Positions 59,001-64,000 of a DNA stretch of 64,000 bases are shown here, piece after piece. The notes under the pieces were generated by a model. It was not told the DNA's origin. It made no database searches and worked only from the letters and a program-made list of their open reading frames with translations. Positions within the stretch are counted from its first letter, which is position 1. Each line of letters opens with the position of its first letter. The stretch comes from Auanema rhodensis (taxonomy: Eukaryota > Animalia > Nematoda). A program made the position numbers and the translations under genes. The stretch covers positions 23,498,001 through 23,562,000 of the forward strand of contig OZ059900.1 of the NCBI GenBank assembly GCA_964057225.1. The letters are read 5' to 3'.

Positions 59001-59546
59001 CCTTAATTTTCTAACCCCTGTTTTTTTGTCGTGAAAGTGGAACTAGACGTTATACGAACAATTTTGAGCTAGGTTTCATTGACATTGCATGAGTTTGAAC
59101 ACATGAAATCGTAAGTCAAAACCTTGTTTACAGCGAAATTTCCAAAAACTGGTTTTCCAGCATAATAAAATATTTCTCATGGGAAATACTGTGTTTTTGT
59201 ATTTTTCTAGTGTTCAGCATGTAAAATACTTCATTTTAGTATGTAACACGCTGAAATTCGTTGCATTTGACGACTCATATGAACAAAAATCGATTTAATC
59301 AATATAAGCCATAAGGGGCGTGCCCTCAGAATATGCTAATTTCCTTAATTTTCTAACCCCTGTTTTTTGTCGTGAAAGTGGAACTAGACGTTGTAGGAAC
59401 AATTTTGAGCTAGGTTTCATTGACATTGCATGAGTTTGAACACATGAAATCGTAAGTCAAAACCTTGTTTACAGCGAAATTTCCAAAAACTGGTTTTCCA
59501 GCATAATAAAATATTTCTCATGGGAAATACTGTGTTTTTGTATTTT
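56091..59546 (+). repeat. Heterogeneous junction-proximal monomers (K-L-M-N-O-P-Q-R-S-K)
   Basis: Variants are absent from the 10-mer domain: ATATAAGCC plus T deletion (K: 56091, 59168), GACTACT (56432, 57458), CCCCTTTT (56774, 57800), TTAACG+AGAGGC (57116, 58142), GAGCAC (about 57047). Confidence 0.85.
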
Positions 59547-59629
59547 GTTCGCTTCATTTTAGTATGTAACACGCTGAAATTATGCTTCATTTTAGTATGT
59601 AACACGCTGAAATTCGTTGCATTTGACGA
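59547..59629. other. Strand-switch junction scar made of rearranged satellite fragments
   Basis: Monomer positions 1-38 end at 59546. Then come GTTC (pos 45-48), pos 61-91 (59551-59581) and pos 59-106 (59582-59629). The reverse arm starts at 59628 and shares GA. Confidence 0.93.
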
Positions 59630-62600
59630 AGTATTTTACATGCTGAACACTAGAAAAATACAAAAACACAGTATTTCCCATGAGAAATATTTTATTATGC
59701 TGGAAAACCAGTTTTTGGAAATTTCGCTGTAAACAAGGTTTTGACTTACGATTTCATGTGTTCAAACTCATGCAATTTTAATGAAACCTAGCTCAAAATT
59801 GTTCCTACAACGTCTAGTTCCACTTTCACGACAAAAAACAGGGGTTAGAAAATTAAGGAAATTAGCATATTCTGAGGGCACGCCCCTTATGGCTTATATT
59901 GATTAAATCGATTTTTGTTCATATGAGTCGTCAAATGCAACGAATTTCAGCGTGTTACATACTAAAATGAAGTATTTTACATGCTGAACACTAGAAAAAT
60001 ACAAAAACACAGTATTTCCCATGAGAAATATTTTATTATGCTGGAAAACCAGTTTTTGGAAATTTCGCTGTAAACAAGGTTTTGACTTACGATTTCATGT
60101 GTTCAAACTCATGCAATGTCAATGAAACCTAGCTCAAAATTGTTCGTACAACGTCTAATTCCACTTTCACGACAAAAAAACAGGGGTTAGAAAATTAAGG
60201 AAATTAGCATATTCTGAGGGCACGCCCCTTATGGCTAATATTGATTAAATCGATTTTTGTTCATATGAGTCGTCAAATGCAACGAATTTCAGCGTGTTAC
60301 ATACTAAAATGAAGTATTTTACATGCTGAACACTAGAAAAATACAAAAACACAGTATTTCCCATGAGAAATATTTTATTATGCTGGAAAACCAGTTTTTG
60401 GAAATTTCGCTGTAAACAAGGTTTTGACTTACGATTTCATGTGTTCAAACTCATGCAATGTCAATGAAACCTAGCTCAAAATTGTTCCTACAACGTCTAG
60501 TTCCACTTTCACGACAAAAAACAGGGGTTAGAAAATTAAGGAAATTAGCATATTCTGAGGGCACGCCCCTTATGGCTTATATTGATTAAATCGATTTTTG
60601 TTCATATGAGTCGTCAAATGCAACGAATTTCAGCGTGTTACATACTAAAATGAAGTATTTTACATGCTGAACACTAGAAAAATACAAAAACACAGTATTT
60701 CCCATGAGAAATATTTTATTATGCTGGAAAACCAGTTTTTGGAAATTTCGCTGTAAACAAGGTTTTGACTTACGATTTCATGTGTTCAAACTCATGCAAT
60801 GTCAATGAAACCTAGCTCAAAATTGTTCGTATAACGTCTAGTTCCACTTTCACGACAAAAAAACAGGGGTTAGAAAATTAAGGAAATTAGCATATTCTGA
60901 GGGCACGCCCCTTATGGCTAATATTGATTAAATCGATTTTTGTTCATATGAGTCGTCAAATGCAACGAATTTCAGCGTGTTACATACTAAAATGAAGCAT
61001 TTTACATGCTGAACACTAGAAAAATACAAAAACACAGTATTTCCCATGAGAAATATTTTATTATGCTGGAAAACCAGTTTTTGGAAATTTCGCTGTAAAC
61101 AAGGTTTTGACTTACGATTTCATGTGTTCAAACTCATGCAATGTCAATGAAACCTAGCTCAAAATTGTTCGTACAACGTCTAGTTCCACTTTCACGACAA
61201 AAAAACAGGGGTTAGAAAATTAAGGAAATTAGCATATTCTGAGGGCACGCCCCTTATGACTAATATTGATTAAATCGATTTTTGTTCATATGAGTCGTCA
61301 AATGCAACGAATTTTAGCGTGTTACATACTAAAATGAAGCATTTTACATGCTGAACACTAGAAAAATACAAAAACACAGTATTTCCCATGAGAAATATTT
61401 TATTATGCTGGAAAACCAGTTTTTGGAAATTTCGCTGTAAACAAGGTTTTGACTTACGATTTCATGTGTTCAAACTCATGCAATGTCAATGAAACCTAGC
61501 TCAAAATTGTTCCTACAACGTCTAGTTCCACTTTCACGACAAAAAAACAGGGGTTAGAAAATTAAGGAAATTAGCATATTCTGAGGGCACGCCTCTTATG
61601 GCTAATATTGATTAAATCGATTTTTGTTCATATGAGTCGTTAAATGCAACGAATTTTAGCGTGTTACATACTAAAATGAAGTATTTTACATGCTGAACAC
61701 TAGAAAAATACAAAAACACAGTATTTCCCATGAGAAATATTTTATTATGCTGGAAAACCAGTTTTTGGAAATTTCGCTGTAAACAAGGTTTTGACTTACG
61801 ATTTCATGTGTTCAAACTCATGCAATGTCAATGAAACCTAGCTCAAAATTGTTCGTACAACGTCTAGTTCCACTTTCACGACAAAAAAAAAGGGGTTAGA
61901 AAATTAAGGAAATTAGCATATTCTGAGGGCACGCCCCTTATGGCTAATATTGATTAAATCGATTTTTGTTCATATGAGTCGTCAAATGCAACGAATTTCA
62001 GCGTGTTACATACTAAAATGAAGCATTTTACATGCTGAACACTAGAAAAATACAAAAACACAGTATTTCCCATGAGAAATATTTTATTATGCTGGAAAAC
62101 CAGTTTTTGGAAATTTCGCTGTAAACAAGGTTTTGACTTACGATTTCATGTGTTCAAACTCATGCAATGTCAATGAAACCTAGCTCAAAATTGTTCGTAC
62201 AACGTCTAGTTCCACTTTCACGACAAAAAAACAGGGGTTAGAAAATTAAGGAAATTAGCATATTCTGAGGGCACGCCCCTTATGACTAATATTGATTAAA
62301 TCGATTTTTGTTCATATGAGTAGTCAAATGCAACGAATTTTAGCGTGTTACATACTAAAATGAAGTATTTTACATGCTGAACACTAGAAAAATACAAAAA
62401 CACAGTATTTCCCATGAGAAATATTTTATTATGCTGGAAAACCAGTTTTTGGAAATTTCGCTGTAAACAAGGTTTTGACTTACGATTTCATGTGTTCAAA
62501 CTCATGCAATGTCAATGAAACCTAGCTCAAAATTACTCGTACAACGTCTAGTTCCACTTTCACGACAAAAAAACAGGGGTTAGAAAATTAAGGAAATTAG

Positions 62601-64000
62601 CATATTCTGAGGGCACGCCTCTTATGGCTAATATTGATTAAATCGATTTTTGTTCATATGAGTCGTTAAATGCAACGAATTTTAGCGTGTTACATACTAA
62701 AATGAAGCATTTTACATGCTGAACACTAGAAAAATACAAAAACACAGTATTTCCCATGAGAAATATTTTATTATGCTGGAAAACCAGTTTTTGGAAATTT
62801 CGCTGTAAACAAGGTTTTGACTTACGATTTCATGTGCTCAAACTCATGCAATGTCAATGAAACCTAGCTCAAAATTGTTCGTACAACGTCTAGTTCCACT
62901 TTCACGACAAAAAAAAAGGGGTTAGAAAATTAAGGAAATTAGCATATTCTGAGGGCACGCCCCTTATGGCTAATATTGATTAAATCGATTTTTGTTCATA
63001 TGAGTCGTCAAATGCAACGAATTTCAGCGTGTTACATACTAAAATGAAGCATTTTACATGCTGAACACTAGAAAAATACAAAAACACAGTATTTCCCATG
63101 AGAAATATTTTATTATGCTGGAAAACCAGTTTTTGGAAATTTCGCTGTAAACAAGGTTTTGACTTACGATTTCATGTGTTCAAACTCATGCAATGTCAAT
63201 GAAACCTAGCTCAAAATTGTTCGTACAACGTCTAGTTCCACTTTCACGACAAAAAAACAGGGGTTAGAAAATTAAGGAAATTAGCATATTCTGAGGGCAC
63301 GCCCCTTATGACTAATATTGATTAAATCGATTTTTGTTCATATGAGTAGTCAAATGCAACGAATTTCAGCGTGTTACATACTAAAATGAAGTATTTTACA
63401 TGCTGAACACTAGAAAAATACAAAAACACAGTATTTCCCATGAGAAATATTTTATTATGCTGGAAAACCAGTTTTTGGAAATTTCGCTGTAAACAAGGTT
63501 TTGACTTACGATTTCATGTGTTCAAACTCATGCAATGTCAATGAAACCTAGCTCAAAATTGTTCCTACAACGTCTAGTTCCACTTTCACGACAAAAAACA
63601 GGGGTTAGAAAATTAAGGAAATTAGCATATTCTGAGGGCACGCCCCTTATGGCTTATATTGATTAAATCGATTTTTGTTCATATGAGTCGTCAAATGCAA
63701 CGAATTTCAGCGTGTTACATACTAAAATGAAGTATTTTACATGCTGAACACTAGAAAAATACAAAAACACAGTATTTCCCATGAGAAATATTTTATTATG
63801 CTGGAAAACCAGTTTTTGGAAATTTCGCTGTAAACAAGGTTTTGACTTACGATTTCATGTGTTCAAACTCATGCAATGTCAATGAAACCTAGCTCAAAAT
63901 TGTTTGTATAACGTCTAGTTCCACTTTCACGACAAAAAAACAGGGGTTAGAAAATTAAGGAAATTAGCATATTCTGAGGGCACGCCCCTTATGGCTAATA
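59628..64000 (-). repeat. Same 342-bp satellite in reverse orientation (minus-strand arm), running off the window end
   Basis: From 59628 the sequence (GAAGTATTTTACATGCTGAACACTAG...) is the reverse complement of monomer positions 65 to 1. Full reverse monomers follow, ending at 60033, 60375, 60716, 61058, 61400, 61742, 62084, 62426, 62768, 63110, 63452 and 63793. Confidence 0.99.

Larger units (their letters stand above)
1..59546 (+). repeat. Tandem satellite DNA array, 342-bp monomer, plus-strand arm (174 full monomers plus a 38-bp partial)
   Basis: AAATATTTCTCATGGGAAATAC recurs at 1, 343, 685 and so on, a period of 342. Phase shifts occur only at two 343-bp monomers (14023, 14366; extra A in the ACAAAAATCG run) and two 341-bp monomers (56091, 59168; one T lost from the T7 run). 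Monomers differ by only a few substitutions, mainly at monomer positions 11, 61, 86, 135, 142, 179, 193, 212, 218, 230, 231, 236 and 333. Confidence 0.99.
55884..64000. repeat. Large inverted duplication (fold-back palindrome); arms at least 3,663 bp within the window
   Basis: Diagnostic monomers pair with a constant coordinate sum of 119,884: K 59168/60716, S 58826/61058, R 58484/61400, Q 58142/61742, P 57800/62084, O 57458/62426, N 57116/62768, M 56774/63110, L 56432/63452, K 56091/63793, and J partial to the window end. Confidence 0.93.

Noticed and set aside
59417-59605. 62-aa minus-strand ORF (MLHTKMKHN...)
   Set aside because: Same cause: antisense reading through the junction scar into a satellite monomer, with no recognisable domain.
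59509-59700. Transposon or MITE with terminal inverted repeats at the junction
   Set aside because: There is no non-satellite sequence, target-site duplication or transposase. The inverted repeats are the satellite arms themselves.
59520-59732. 70-aa plus-strand ORF (MGNTVFLYF...)
   Set aside because: It exists only because the junction deletions remove satellite stop codons. It is made wholly of satellite fragments, and the repeated FILVCNTLK simply reflects the 33-bp-spaced duplication. There is no coding signal.
1-64000. CRISPR array or repeat-spacer system
   Set aside because: There are no unique spacers. The entire 342-bp unit is repeated, and no cas or other genes are present.

Overview
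The whole 64 kb window is one AT-rich (about 34% GC, hand count of the first monomer) tandem satellite DNA array built from a 342-bp monomer. It looks like eukaryotic (peri)centromeric-type heterochromatin, and I find no credible genes, RNAs, CRISPR arrays or transposons. Monomers differ at about a dozen diagnostic sites, which lets the array be read as a code. From 1 to about 44,120 there is a 10-mer higher-order repeat (A-B-C-D-C-D-C-D-E-F, 3,420 bp) with 8-, 12-, 11- and 8-mer variants. 45,147-56,090 is a tandem pair of a different 16-mer (5,472 bp). 56,091-59,546 is a more heterogeneous zone. At about 59,547-59,629 a complex junction (two micro-deletions, a 31-bp duplication, 2-bp microhomology) switches the array to the minus strand. 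The minus-strand arm is a monomer-by-monomer mirror image of the sequence before the junction (55,884-59,546 vs 60,338-64,000; only 3 mismatched bases noticed), plus one extra dimer next to the junction. This is a large fold-back palindrome (macro-dyad), not a simple inversion. Both supplied ORFs are accidental products of the junction. I cannot identify the satellite family or the organism from the sequence alone. All comparisons were made by eye, so a few single-base variants may have been missed.
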